From positions 1 through 64,000 of the forward strand of contig CAXHJY010001514.1 in assembly GCA_964016885.1 (NCBI GenBank): a DNA stretch of 64,000 nucleotides, read 5' to 3'. This document shows positions 28,775-45,800 of this stretch, one piece after another. Numbering within the stretch: position 1 is the first letter of the stretch; the number at the start of each line of letters is the position of its first letter. The stretch is from Eledone cirrhosa. Taxonomy: Eukaryota. Below the pieces are notes generated by a model. It was not told the origin of the DNA. It worked only from the letters and a program-made list of their open reading frames with translations, and did no database searches. A program made the position numbers and the translations under genes.

Positions 28775-29598
28775 CATTTTCTGTTTGGCTTTGGTCATGT
28801 CAGGAGTGTAGCTGTACTCACCACGCTTGACCAATTGCAGGTTTGTGAGGCTATTTAACCCAATGAGGAGTTCATCTGCCCTTTTAACAGCTCTTGTATT
28901 TTGTGCTGTTGGGGATCGACTTTCCCTCCTGACCTGACCAGGATCTGATGGAGAGCTGGTTTACTCACCAACCACTCAACCATGAGGTTTTACTGTGTTA
29001 CATGGTACCAGTAGCAGGCAGAAGCCTGACCATATGATTAAATAAATATGAAAGGTGGTGAATTGTCAGAGTCGTTAGAACATTGGATAGAATTATTTCA
29101 GCTCTCTTTCAACCCAACCACCCACCTTTTCAAGGTCAATAAAAAAGTAAAGTTGACCTCAGCATGATTTGAACCCAGAATGTATTTCACTGGTGCAAAT
29201 ACTGCCCAGCATTAAACCAATACTCTATATTTAACGATATAATTTTATTGCCGGACCAGTTGGAGACTGTTGCTTCTGACAGGACCCTCTGAATGGCGTA
29301 TTTGAGGACCTCGCAACCCTCCCAGTCGGAGAGATATATACCAGGTTTTACTACAGATTACCTACCAGATATAATTTAGAAATATAAATACTGAAACATG
29401 TTCCGCGATGTTGAAATATATTTTTTTATTGGGAATATTCTTCCTTTTCTTATTGTTGTTGTTTTCTTTTTTATAGATGGAGGAGGGGGGGGGCGTTTAT
29501 GTGTCTAAAATAAATAATTTGAAAATATTCTGATCAAATTTTGCTCAAGTTCATTGTTAACATCAATAAACATATTCCTTTTCTTTCGCTTTTTTCTT

Positions 29599-29670
<72 letters not shown>

Positions 29671-29924
29671 GCTCCTCCTTCCCTCTCACTCCCTCTTATG
29701 CTCCTCCCTCTCTCATTCTCTCTCTCCTGCTACTCCCTTTCTCTCATTCCTTCTCACTCCCTCCCTATCATTCCCTCTCTCTCCCCCTCCCTATCACCCC
29801 ACCCACCACCACAACTTACCATATAAAGCTGAATAAGATTCCGTTGAATTATTCTCAAGATAAATATTTCCACTGAAATAAACATTTGCCAGGCGGAACG
29901 TTGCTGTTTTCACACACAATATAC

Positions 29925-30255
29925 TGGGGGGGGGGGGGTTACTCTAGACAGGGACGGGGGTACTATAGACGGGGACAGGGGGGGTTGCTATAGAGAGGGA
30001 CAGGGGGTTGCTATAGACAGGGACAGGGGGCGTTGCTATAGACAGGGACAGGGGGCATACTATAGACAAAGACAGGGGGTTGCTATAGACAGGAACGGAG
30101 GGGTTGCTATAGACAGGGACGGGGGGGTTACTATAGAAAGGGACAGGGGGGTTACTATAGACAGGAACAGGGGGGTTGCTATAGACAGGGACAGGGGGGT
30201 TGCTATAGACAGGGATAGAGGGGGTACTATAGACAGGGACAGGGGGAGGTACAAT
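29925..30255. repeat. ~23-25 bp G-rich minisatellite
   Basis: ggggttgctatagacagggacag repeated about 13 times. Confidence 0.9.
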
Positions 30256-30339
30256 GAAATCAAGTAAAATATATGCAAAAACAAGACATTTTTTTTCATG
30301 TCGATATTTCAGACAAGGACGTTTGGCCCAGGCATTGAA

Positions 30340-30720
30340 ACTACCACTACCACCACCACCACTACTACTACCACTACCACCACCACTACTACTACCACTA
30401 CTACCACCACTACTACCACCACCACCACCATCACTACTACCACTACTACCACCACCACCACTACTACTACCACTACCACCACTACCACCACCACCACTAC
30501 TACCACCACCACCACTACTACCACTACCACTACTACCACCACCACCACTACTACCACCACCACCACCACTACTACTACCACCACCACCACTACTAATACC
30601 ACCACCACCACTACTAATACCACCACCACTACTACCATCATCACCACTAATACTACCACTACTACTACCACCACCACTACCACAGCCACTACTACAACCA
30701 CCACTACTACTACCACTATT
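30340..30720. repeat. (CCA/CTA)n trinucleotide tract
   Basis: Seen directly. Confidence 0.95.
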
Positions 30721-30907
30721 AATGACAACAATAATGCTGTTATTATAAAGACTTGTACTATGAGTTAATATCTGTCTGTTAAAACCCTGCAGCCAAAACT
30801 TCCACAATTCTTTGTTCCTAAAAACTGGCCATAATTTTATGCATTAGAAAAATTGAAAAACTCCAATATTTGAGAAAAGGTTCTCATTTCTAAATAATTT
30901 TCACTCA

Positions 30908-31087
30908 TAATTGTTTCTACTTTTGACACAAGGCCAGCAAACACCCCAGTGCATTACTGGTACTTTATTTTATTGACCCCGTAAGGATGAAAGGCAAAGT
31001 TAACCTTGGCGGGATTTGAACTCAGACAGTAAAGGGACGTAACTCTTTGCTGCAAAGCATGGCGTCCGACCCTCTACCGATACTGCA
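30908..31087 (-). mobile_element. tRNA-derived SINE with Nin-like core
   Basis: Reverse complement of 48655-48847; B-box gttcaaatcc on minus strand. Confidence 0.8.
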
Positions 31088-31330
31088 TTTCAACTCAATT
31101 CCTTCTTTAGTTGTTTTTTTTTAAATGTTTTTTCTGTCCTTTTTTTTATAATTCACTTTTTTATTTTATTTTATTATTCAATGGCTATTAAACACATCGT
31201 CATCGTTTTAACGTTCACTTTCCCTTCTAGCAAGGATTGAGCTGGTCGACATAGACTGTCAGTACTGAAGGAACTTCCTTCCATAACCTTCTAACACTCT
31301 TACATCTATCTGTTCTCTCCTTATCCGCAC

Positions 31331-31366
31331 TTTCCTGAAGAAAGACTTCTGTCCGAAACGTTGAAA
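31331..31366 (+). ncRNA. Minimal type I hammerhead motif (Penelope pLTR style)
   Basis: tttc-CTGAAGA-aa-gac(ttct)gtc-c-GAAA-cg-TT-gaaa; palindromic aacgtt stem III. Confidence 0.72.
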
Positions 31367-31954
31367 CCTCCTCCAAACGTGAACCTAATATAACTGTAAT
31401 TTTACTTCCTGTGTTTTGTTTGTTTCATTTATTAACTATATATATAGATATATAAAAATAACAAAATAAAATGCTGAGGTTACATATATCGTATCCGATA
31501 TGTTTGATATGCTGCCGGCAGGAAAGCACCGTTGTCATTTGCTGGTTTCTCTAAAGCCTCCCTAGCAACAGTAGTTGCTTTCCTCCATCCAGATATTATA
31601 GTTTGTGAACGGATCTTCTGATGTGGTTCCATCACCAACTTCATCAGTCCCCGCACCCATTCCGTACGATGTCACTGGGTCGAGTAGCGTAAACAACGTG
31701 GCGGTATATTCCACCGCCTAACGCTGGGATCTCGCCTTTCAGGTTCCTGAGGATTACAGGCCCACCAGGTCAGTAACCTGTGCTGAGTGGCTCAATCCCA
31801 TCGTGATGTCAAAGTTGTCCGGCCACTCTCTCCTAGTCCAGAGCTCACCGTCGAAACCTATCAGTGTCTTCCTGGTAGTATGAATGATGTTAAAATTTCG
31901 TGCAAACATAAGTGCCTTGTTAAGCTCCACCGGGGAGATAGATGCATATATATA

Positions 31955-32700
31955 ACTTTACTTAACTTTATCGACAACAACATAAGCTCGGCCACTCATA
32001 TAAACAGCAAAGTTGACATGGCCCGCAGAATGTGTTCCTGGATTCTCAGAACCTTCCAATCGAGAGATATCCACACTATTATCCTTCTCTTCTCCACTTT
32101 TGCCCGACCCCACCTTGAATACTGTTGTCCACTGTGGTTTCCCCACACGAAACAAAGTATCATGAAAGTTGAAGCACCCCAAAGATCAATTACAAAAAAG
32201 ATAGATGGCATGACAGGCCTTCACTATTGGAGTCGATTAGAAAATCTCAACCTTTATTCTCTCCAACGTCGCTGTGAGCGCTACTTTATCTGCTTCGTGT
32301 GAAAAATATTCCATCAGCATTGCCTAAATGATGTTGGCATCACCTTTAAGGTACTCTCAAGGCTTGGGCCCCGTGCAATCCGCCCACGACAAAAATCTCA
32401 CTCGCATCTCATAACAACAATACGGCACAATTATTTCACCTCAATTGGCCCCGCTCTCTTCAACATTACACCAGAACACTTTAAAACAGAAACAAACCCA
32501 ACAAGTTCAAGAAGTCTTTGGACAAATTCCTTTAAGAAATCCCGGATAAAACTCCTACACCCGGATATACTTCCGTAAACAATAACTCTCTACTTGAGTG
32601 GGCAATGGTGCCCAAATCGTGATTTGAAATACTTCGTCAGTTGGTGCTGTTAAGTTAGATATGGCCTGGGCCAATACTGGCCGAAACCTATCAAAGTTAT
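31955..32700 (+). pseudogene. 3' fragment of CR1-clade LINE ORF2 plus 3' UTR, with stops
   Basis: ARRMCSWILRTF..RPHLEYCCPLW..LYSLQRRCERY; homologous to the C-terminus of 36870-38570. Confidence 0.85.
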
Positions 32701-32722
32701 ATATATATATATATATATATAT

Positions 32723-33246
32723 AACAATTAAGTTAAAAATGAACATCCACATATGTATACTGAAATACTAGTATGCATATGAATACACACACGTGTACAT
32801 ATGTAGATGTACCGAGTTTTTCACTGGTCACTTTACTGTGAGTGTCCAGCTATTCTGTATATAAACACACAGACATCACGCTCTATGCAAATTAGTCTGC
32901 CCACTACTAATTTTCATAGAAAAAGCATATAACGATATGTGCTTTTACGATTCTCTAGAAAGGCCGGAAGATAGGTAAATATTGCAGATGAGATGTAACA
33001 ACATCGAAACTAGTTCAATATTCCTTGTCTGGCTTTCTGGAGAATAGAGGAAAGGTGTTTCCTCAAAAACCAGTATGACTCTAAAAACCGGTTTGTCTGT
33101 GTGTTTACATACAGAATAGCTGGACACTCACAGTAAAGTGACCAGTGAAAAACTCGGTACATCTACATATGTATACTTGTGTGTATTCATATGCATACTA
33201 ATATTTCAGTATACATATTTGGATGTACGTTTTTAACTTAATTGTT
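32723..33246. repeat. Inverted repeat: ~153-bp diverged arms around a ~218-bp structured spacer
   Basis: 32723-32875 is the reverse complement of 33094-33246 with scattered mismatches. Confidence 0.9.
32978..33022 (+). ncRNA. Type I hammerhead motif with U4A core change
   Basis: aatattg-CAGATGA-gatgt(aaca)acatc-GAAA-ctag-TT-caatatt; stem I extended by ttctctagaaaggccgga / tctggctttctggagaa. Confidence 0.75.
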
Positions 33247-33309
33247 TAAGCGTCAGTCATACAAAAGTGAGTTACAAACGAAATTTAATTTCGTTTCGTT
33301 ATTTGTTTT

Positions 33310-35052
<1,743 letters not shown>

Positions 35053-35349
35053 ATGTGCCTCTACCACACATATCTCTCTGCCACACTATATAAACAAGAC
35101 GCACATGCGTGCCACACATATAACATTTGCACTATATAACCACTTATCTTCATGTTGTACTTTAACCTATATCTTTGATTTTTGATTGTACCTATTAATA
35201 TAAATGTAATCTCGAAGTGTGTACTGCCACTCTAAATTTTGTAATGAATGTTGACCCACAATGTTTGAATATGTATCAATGTTTGAATATGTATTGGTAT
35301 GTCTCTCGGCTGAAAAGGAGGTCATATAACTGTCCATGCATTAATAAAT

Positions 35350-35396
35350 TGCTCCGAAGAATCCAAACCTCGGTTTGGAGGAAACAGCTGTAAGCA
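35350..35396 (+). ncRNA. Type I hammerhead motif with U4C core change, in a ~550-bp island (35053-35600)
   Basis: tgct-CCGAAGA-a-tccaaac(ctcg)gtttgga-g-GAAA-cagctg-TA-agca. Confidence 0.7.
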
Positions 35397-35600
35397 CAAT
35401 AATGTTTTGAACAGTTCTTTGATTCTTATATTTCATATAACTGCTCTGTAAATCATCTGATGTTTTTACATTGAGCTACTTAACTTACTGGTAATAAGGT
35501 AGTAATACATTACTGCCTACCACTATTTAGGGTGTGTGTAAAATACTTACAACTGCTTAAGGTTTTGTGTTTACATAACCATAAATAGTATAACTAATAC

Positions 35601-36792
<1,192 letters not shown>

Positions 36793-38652
36793 TTACTCTT
36801 TTACTCTTTTACCTGTTTCAGCCATCCGGCTGAGGCCATGCTGGGGCACCGCCCTTGTTGCTACACATTTTATCTCCAGCCTGTATAGGTTGGCCACTGT
36901 TGTAGGAGGGAGTTTGTTGCTGCTGCCCTTAGGTTTCCCTCGTGTCTTGCTGTGGGCTCATCCTGGAACCTGGATAACAAGGTGTCGAGATGTTTCTTAA
37001 AGACATCCACCTCCACGTCATGCAAGTCTCGCAGATGCCTCGGCAGCCTGTTGAAGAGTTGAGGGCCCTTGAATCCCAGGCTATTGCAATACCTGCTCCT
37101 TATTCTAGATGTGGAAGACGGGACCTTTGGCACCACACAGTGACGTCCTGTTCGACGGTTGGTCCAGCTCCCAATGCCAAAGTTTGGTGCTAGTCCCTCC
37201 AGGATTTTCCACATGTAGATCACTGCGTATCTCTCCCGTCTTCGCTCCAAGGAGTAGAGGTTCAGTTCCTTCAGCCTCTCCCAGTAGCTTGTCTCCCTCA
37301 TCTTGGCAATCCTCTTGGTGTAGCTTCGCTGGATTGCCTCAAGCTCTGTGGTTAGTTTGACACTATGGGGTGACCACAGCTGGGAGCAGTAGTCCAGGCG
37401 GCTTAGGACAAAAGTCCTCCACAGTGTCAACATGGTGTCTCGATCTCTTGTAAGGAAAGTCCTCAAGATCCAGCCAGCGAATCGTCTACATGCTGTCGCC
37501 ACCTTCATGATGTGTGAAGAAAAAGATGCATCATCGCTCATGTCTATGCCCAGGTCTCGTATCGATTTTGACACGGGGATATCGGTCCCTCCTGGTCCTG
37601 TGTAGCTGTGTTCCACTATATTTGTGTTTGTGTTTGCAGGTTTGTATTGTAGGGCTTGGAATTTGCCAGCATTAAACTGCATGTTGTTTTCTTCCGCCCA
37701 TCTGTATATGGCATCCAGATCCTGCTGTAAGAGGGCAGCGTCAGCCGGGTTTTTGATTGCCTGTGCTACCTTAGTGTCATCAGCATAGCTAGTGAGGGAT
37801 GTTGTTGCATGCACCACAGAGGGCATGTCCGAGAGAGCCACCAAAAACAGTAGTGGTCCCAGGACTGTCCCCTGAGGCACCCCACTTGTTGTCGGTGTTT
37901 CCCTCGAGAGGGCCCCATTTGCTGCGACTGCCTGGCTTCTGTCCCTTAGGAAGCCATGCAGCCACTCACCTACTTTTCCAGTTATGCCGAGTCCGTGTAG
38001 TTTGTGACATATCATTCCATGGTCGACCTTGTCAAAGGCCTTCGCAAAGTCAAGATATATCACGTCTACATGTGAGCTGTCTAGTAGTTGTCTCAGTACC
38101 CAGTCGTAGTGATGTAGCAGCTGTGTAAGGCAGCTTCTTCCTGGGCGGAAGCCATGTTGCGTGCTAGTCAGGCGGTCATTTTCTTCGAGGAAAGTGATTA
38201 GTTTCTTTCTGACGACTCGCTCCATGACCTTACTGATATGCGACGTCAGGGAGACTGGCCTATAGTTCTTGGCCTCCGCTCTACTGCCTCCTTTATGGAT
38301 AGGGCATATTGTGCCTTCTTTCAGCTCCCTGGGTAGTACACCGCTAGCCAAGGAGCTTCTGAAGAGCATCTTCAGTGGAGTTGCTAAGGCCCGCTTACAT
38401 ATTTTTAGGAGAACTGCTGGGAATCCATCAGGTCCAGCAGCCGAGTCTGTTCTAATTTCATCAATGGCGTACACCACATCCTCCTCCGTTATGTCTATGT
38501 GGTTGATGGTTGCCATTTCTTGATGTAGTGTTGTGGCATCAAAGAACTCCTCTGGCTTCGTTATTTGCATGTGCCTCAGTGGACATGTGAAGACACTTTT
38601 GTACTGTTCGTTCAGTATTTCACATATCTCTTGGGATTTTCGGTTATTGAAT
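36793..38652 (-). mobile_element. 5'-truncated CR1-clade LINE
   Basis: Open RT frame; short 3' UTR with hairpin and (taaaagag)n tail; TA tracts on both sides. Confidence 0.9.
36870..38570 (-). CDS. Non-LTR reverse transcriptase (CR1-like ORF2, endonuclease domain missing)
   Basis: [73 protein letters not shown]. Confidence 0.92.
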   Translation of the reverse strand: MQITKPEEFFDATTLHQEMATINHIDITEEDVVYAIDEIRTDSAAGPDGFPAVLLKICKRALATPLKMLFRSSLASGVLPRELKEGTICPIHKGGSRAEAKNYRPVSLTSHISKVMERVVRKKLITFLEENDRLTSTQHGFRPGRSCLTQLLHHYDWVLRQLLDSSHVDVIYLDFAKAFDKVDHGMICHKLHGLGITGKVGEWLHGFLRDRSQAVAANGALSRETPTTSGVPQGTVLGPLLFLVALSDMPSVVHATTSLTSYADDTKVAQAIKNPADAALLQQDLDAIYRWAEENNMQFNAGKFQALQYKPANTNTNIVEHSYTGPGGTDIPVSKSIRDLGIDMSDDASFSSHIMKVATACRRFAGWILRTFLTRDRDTMLTLWRTFVLSRLDYCSQLWSPHSVKLTTELEAIQRSYTKRIAKMRETSYWERLKELNLYSLERRRERYAVIYMWKILEGLAPNFGIGSWTNRRTGRHCVVPKVPSSTSRIRSRYCNSLGFKGPQLFNRLPRHLRDLHDVEVDVFKKHLDTLLSRFQDEPTARHEGNLRAAATNSLLQQWPTYTGWR

Positions 38653-38653
38653 T

Positions 38654-38828
<175 letters not shown>

Positions 38829-38873
38829 ATTTATATATATATATTTATATATATATATATATTTATATATATT

Positions 38874-38910
<37 letters not shown>

Positions 38911-39014
38911 ATTTATATATATATATATTTATATATATATGTATTTATATATATATGTATTTATATATATATATTTATATATATATATATTTATATATAT
39001 ATTTATATATATAT

Positions 39015-39648
39015 ATATTGTTATATTTGGGGAGGGTCATATTTGCGTAATATTGCCAGAATTAATAACAGAACACACTCACTGTTTGGTTGGTTTTCGC
39101 TTCTCGCTGTCTTTTATATATATATATCTGCGATCTAACTTACTCGGTCCTCAATGTTGCCATTGACTGACCGGCGGTCAAAAATAATACAGATACAATA
39201 TAGACAAACACATATATATATAGTTTACATAAATCTTTCGTTGCACATCTGCAACATCGTCAGTGGTGTTATATTCATTGTTCCTCCTGTTGTGTTGTAT
39301 GTCTACGCCATTTTTTTTGTTCAGTCTGTCTAGACAGACTGAACAAAAAAAATGGCGTAGACATACAACACAACAGGAGGAACAATGAATATAACACCAC
39401 TGACGATGTTGCAGATGTGCAACGAAAGATTTATGTAAACTATATATATATGTGTTTGTCTATATTGTATCTGTATTATTTTTGACCGCCGGTCAGTCAA
39501 TGGCAACATTGAGGACCGAGTAAGTTAGATCGCAGATATATATATATAAAAGACAGCGAGAAGCGAAAACCAACCAAACAGTGAGTGTGTTCTGTTATTA
39601 ATTCTGGCAATATTACGCAAATATGACCCTCCCCAAATATAACAATAT
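39015..39648. repeat. Apparently perfect 634-bp palindrome with no spacer, plus 42-bp unique tail
   Basis: Centre gtct|agac at 39331/39332; arms mirror out to atattg/caatat; TA flanks. Confidence 0.95.
39395..39442 (+). ncRNA. Hammerhead-like core with poor stem I; mirror copy on minus at ~39221-39268
   Basis: CTGACGA-t-gttgca(gatg)tgcaac-GAAA-g.ttta(tg)taaa.c-TA. Confidence 0.5.
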
Positions 39649-39758
39649 CTGTTTCGACACACGATTTCATATAAAAAACCTCGCAAAACTATATATATAT
39701 ATATTTATATATATATATATTTATATATATATATATATTTATATATATTAAATATATT

Positions 39759-39907
<149 letters not shown>

Positions 39908-39908
39908 A

Positions 39909-40255
39909 TGGAGGCACATGGCTTAGTGGTTAGAGCATTGGCCTTGCAATCAAAAGGTTGTGAGTTCAATTCTCAGACCGGGTGATGTGTTGTTTCCTTG
40001 AGCAAGACACTTTATTTCACATTGCTCCAGTTTACTCAGCTGTAGAAATGAGATGATAGGGACAGGGGACCCTATCACTCCACTGCAAAGTGGTCGTGGA
40101 GGTGCCACGGCAAAAAAGCACCCAGCACTCACTGTAAATGAGGTTGGTGTTAGGAAGGGCATCCAGCTGTAGAAATTAAGCCAGAATCAGTTCCCGTCCC
40201 ACCCTTGCAAGCAGGGAAAAAGCGGACGTAAAATGAAATGATGATGAAATGATGA
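39909..40255 (+). mobile_element. Full-length tRNA-derived SINE with composite RTE-derived 3' half
   Basis: A-box tggcttagtgg, B-box gttcaattc, core ccttgagcaagacacttt; 40081-40193 matches revcomp of 53849-53963; tail matches revcomp of 215-268. Confidence 0.88.
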
Positions 40256-41672
<1,417 letters not shown>

Positions 41673-41823
41673 ATAAAATATTAAAAAAATAATGAATAAA
41701 ACAATGAAACAGTTCCTTATATTAAACAAAAAAAGTTCATTATTTAACGATCGTTAAATATAACGATTGTTTAATATAAGGAACTGTTTCATTGTTTTAT
41801 TCATTATTTTTTTAATATTTTAT
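41673..41823. repeat. Fold-back island: ~56-bp arms, inner hairpin atttaacgatcgttaaat, unique tail to ~41950
   Basis: ataaaatattaaaaaaataatgaataaaacaatgaaacagttccttatattaaacaa is mirrored at 41767-41823. Confidence 0.88.
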
Positions 41824-41976
41824 CTTGACTCTGTATTCCGTTTATCTTTCACCGAAAGTGATTTTTCATTGCATCTCTTCTTTCCATGATATCCGGAATA
41901 CATTGAGTTCTTCATACGGATTGGACACTACCGTAAACTCTTGGTAGATTTATCTATATATATATTTATATATATT

Positions 41977-42033
<57 letters not shown>

Positions 42034-42120
42034 ATATATTTATATATATTTATATATATATATATATATTTATATATATTTATATATATTTATATATATT
42101 TATATATATTTATATATATT

Positions 42121-42252
<132 letters not shown>

Positions 42253-42278
42253 ATATATATTTATATATATTTATATAT

Positions 42279-42869
42279 ATACGGCGATCTTATCTTAAAC
42301 CTTACATTCTCGCTCCATCCCATCTTATACCCCCTACCCATACATCATGCTGGCTCCTGCCCCCCCCCCCTCCCTCTCTATACATATAAGATAAACCCTA
42401 CCAAAATTAATCACATCGCCAACTCGCTATTTCTGGGATGGCTGTTCCTGCGGTATAAAGTAACGTTCAAATATTTTTCTCGATTCTTCTCTCCATTCGA
42501 ATCCATTCATTCAATCACTATTCTATGTCCTAATTTCACACTATATCATATTTTCACCATTCTATATCATATTTTTTCTCGATTCTTCTCTCCATTCGAA
42601 TCCATTCATTCAATCACTATTCTGTGTCCTAATTTCACACTATATCATATTTTCACCATTCTATATCATATTTTTTCTCCATTCTTCTCTCCATTCGAAT
42701 CCATTCATTCAATCACTATTCTATGTCCTAATTTCACACTATATCATATTTTCCCTATCACCGCATTTTCTCTATCGTATTTTCTTAAACAAAACAAATC
42801 TTGTATTTTCGTTTATTGTTAAATTATGCCCAAAATACGGCGATCTTATCTTAAACCTTACATTCTCGC
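42279..42869. repeat. Module bounded by 35-bp direct repeats 556 bp apart, with internal ~100-bp triplication
   Basis: atacggcgatcttatcttaaaccttacattctcgc at 42279 and 42835; ttctccattcgaatccattc at ~42490, 42590, 42690. Confidence 0.8.
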
Positions 42870-45800
42870 ACCACCATTATTACGTGGACCAATCATAAGT
42901 CAGAGGCCCATACTATCGCTTAACTGGTTGCTTTTTGATATGATGGATGGACTACGGAATTCTGGAGAGTTGAAGAGAGAAAAATGTGGACGCTCAGCGA
43001 CAATGCCAAAGATAAAGACAAATTCACCTCGTGGACGAGAATGCAAGCACTCCGCCTTGTTTCGGCCCAGGATGGCTAACATAACCCCATCCCCCCCCCG
43101 CGCCCCACCGCTCCCACCCTCCAAACGCAATCCAAAACTTCAGAGTTGGTACCATGAATGTAGGCACCTTAAAGGGTCGCTCTAACGAGGTTGTAGAAAT
43201 GCTTGAACGTAAGGAGGTCGATGTTTGTTGTATTCAAGAGACCAGGTGGAGGGGAGGGTCGGCTAGATTCATCGTGGGTAAAGAACGATGCTATCACCTT
43301 TTCTGGGTGGGAAATGACAATGGGTTGGGTGGGGTAGGAATCATGGTAGCAGAAAAGTGGGCAGATAAGATAATAGACGTAAATAGAGTGAACGACAGAA
43401 TAATTAAAATAAGACTTGTCCTCAATAAAACTACGGTGACAGTAATATCTGCGTACGCACCACAATCCGGACTGCCCGGTGCTATAAAAGACAGATTCTA
43501 CGAGACACTGATGCTCGCTACCTCCCAAATAACCGACAGTGACTATATAGTTATTGTAGGCGACCTAAATGGTCACGTTGGACAACATTGTGACGGCTAT
43601 GACGGAATCCATGGAGGCTATGGGTTCGGTACTAGAAATGAGGAAGGCTCCAGAATCCTGGAATTCTGCGACGCAAATAACTTAACTATCTGTAACACTA
43701 ACTTCAAAAAACGAGACAATCACTTGATCACCTATAGATCGGGGGAACACACAAGCCAGGTAGATTATATCCTTACCAGAAGACGTGACAGAGTGTCTGT
43801 TGTTAACACTAAATCCCTCCCCCATGAAGAATTCACCTCCCAACATAGACTGATAATTAGCGACCTCATAGTCAGGACGAGACGTACTAGACAGCGGAAG
43901 AGGACTATCCTCAGGAGAAAAATATGGAAGCTAAAGGACCCCATAGCCAGAAATAAATTTCAAAGCATATTACTTGACGCTTTCGACAGTAAGGAAGAGC
44001 AATTAGAGTCGTATAATATAGAGGAACAGTGGGAATTCCTGAGAGCAAACCTGCTGACGGCGGCAGACGAAGTCTGTGGCTGGAGCAGGCCTGTAGGTAG
44101 GAGGAGAGTAACATGGTGGTGGAACAGTAAGGTGGAGGAGTCAATTAAGGCCAAAAAGCAGGCTTGGAAAGCATGGCGGGATGGGGGAAGTAGAGAAGAC
44201 TATCAAGTGGCCAGGAGGGAAGCTAGGAGACAAGTGTACTTCGCAAGAAGGGAAGCAGAGGAAAGAAAGTTCAAGCATGTTCTACAACGTGAGGACCAAA
44301 AACGTGAGGCGTTCAGGATTGCCAGGCAATGTGTCAAGGAAAACCGTGATATTGTCGGGGAGAAGTGTGTACTTAACGATGATGGCATACTTGCCATCAC
44401 CGACGCTGATAAGAAGGTAGCTTGGAAGTGTCACTACGAAAGGCTTCTAAATGAGGAGAACAAATGGGAGAAAGACAGTCTCCCCCACATCGACCCAATA
44501 GAGGGACCAGCAGTGTTAGTCCAGGGTAGTACAATAAGCAAGGCAATCAAAGATATGAAGACGGGTAAGGCGGCTGGTCCTTCGGAAATAGTTGCTGAGA
44601 TGCTGAAGGCATCTGGTTCGGTGGGACACACCATGATAGTTAACCAAGTCGTACAGAATGGGGTTGTTCCGAAGGACTGGCGTAGCAGCATCATCGTTAA
44701 CTGCTATAAGGGAAAAGGAGATGCCCTAGATAGGAGTAACTATAGAGGCATTAAATTAATCGACCAGGTCATGAAGGTCACGGAAAAAGTAATAGCGCAA
44801 CTAATCAGAGAGAGAATTGATCTAGATGAAATGCAGTTCGGGTTTGTGTCAGGCAAAAGTACCACAGACGCTCTTTTCATTGTACGACAACTACAGGAGA
44901 AGTACCTAGCTAAAAGTAAACCCCTATACTTAGCTTTCGTCGACTTGGAGAAAGCTTTCGACAGAGTCCCCCGTTCCATTATCTGGTGGTCTCTTAGAAA
45001 ACTAGGTGTTGACGAATGGCTTGTGAGAGCTATACAAGCCATGTATAAAGAAACAGTCAGTAAGGTTAGAATTAACAACGAATATAGTGAAGAGTTTAGC
45101 GTAAAAGTTGGTGTCCATCAGGGCTCTGTTCTTAGCCCCCTACTATTTATTATTGCCCTTCAGGCTATAACAGAGGAGTTCAAGACCGGCTGCCCATGGG
45201 AATTCCTATACGCAGATGATCTAACGCTCATAGCTGAATCAATGACCGAACTAGAGAAGAAATTCCAAACATGGAAGCACGGCCTAGAATCAAAAGGCCT
45301 TAAAATTAACCTGGCTAAGACTAAAGTTCTAGTTTGTAGGAAAGAAAATAAGGCGGCAGTCCCATCTGGGAAATGGCCATGCTCAGTGTGTAGGAAAGGC
45401 GTAGGTAGAAACTCCATTTTATGTCCCAAATGCAAAGTATGGGTGCATAAAAGATGTAGTGGGATCACAGGTAAGCTAACTAAGAACATAGATTTTACAT
45501 GTGGCCGGTGCTCTGGTGCAATAAGTAGCAGCAAGTGCCCACAAAATACTAGCTCCTTCAACTGCGCAGAGGGTTCTATAGAAATAGTGGACAGCTTCCG
45601 TTACCTGGGTGATAAAATCAGCAGTGGGGGAGGGTGCTCTGAAAGTACAGTAGCTAGAGTCAGAACTGGATGGAAAAAGTTCAGAGAGCTTATACCACTA
45701 TTAGCCGCTAGAGGGTTCTCCCTAAAAATGAAAGGCAGGTTATACGATGCCTGCATACGAACAGCAATGCTGCATGGCAGTGAGACCTGGGCATTGTGTG

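Noticed and set aside
29944-30807. Gly/Ser-rich and Pro-rich ORFs (also 62678-63422 and 26387-26917)
   Set aside because: Trinucleotide and minisatellite translations, open in several frames
31610-31660. CUGAUGA on minus strand (also CUGANGA hits at 11996, 17520, 19955, 32634, 51318, 52100)
   Set aside because: No correctly spaced stem II, GAAA, stem III and UH
39909-39985. tRNA gene
   Set aside because: A and B boxes are present but there is no full cloverleaf, and it continues into a SINE body
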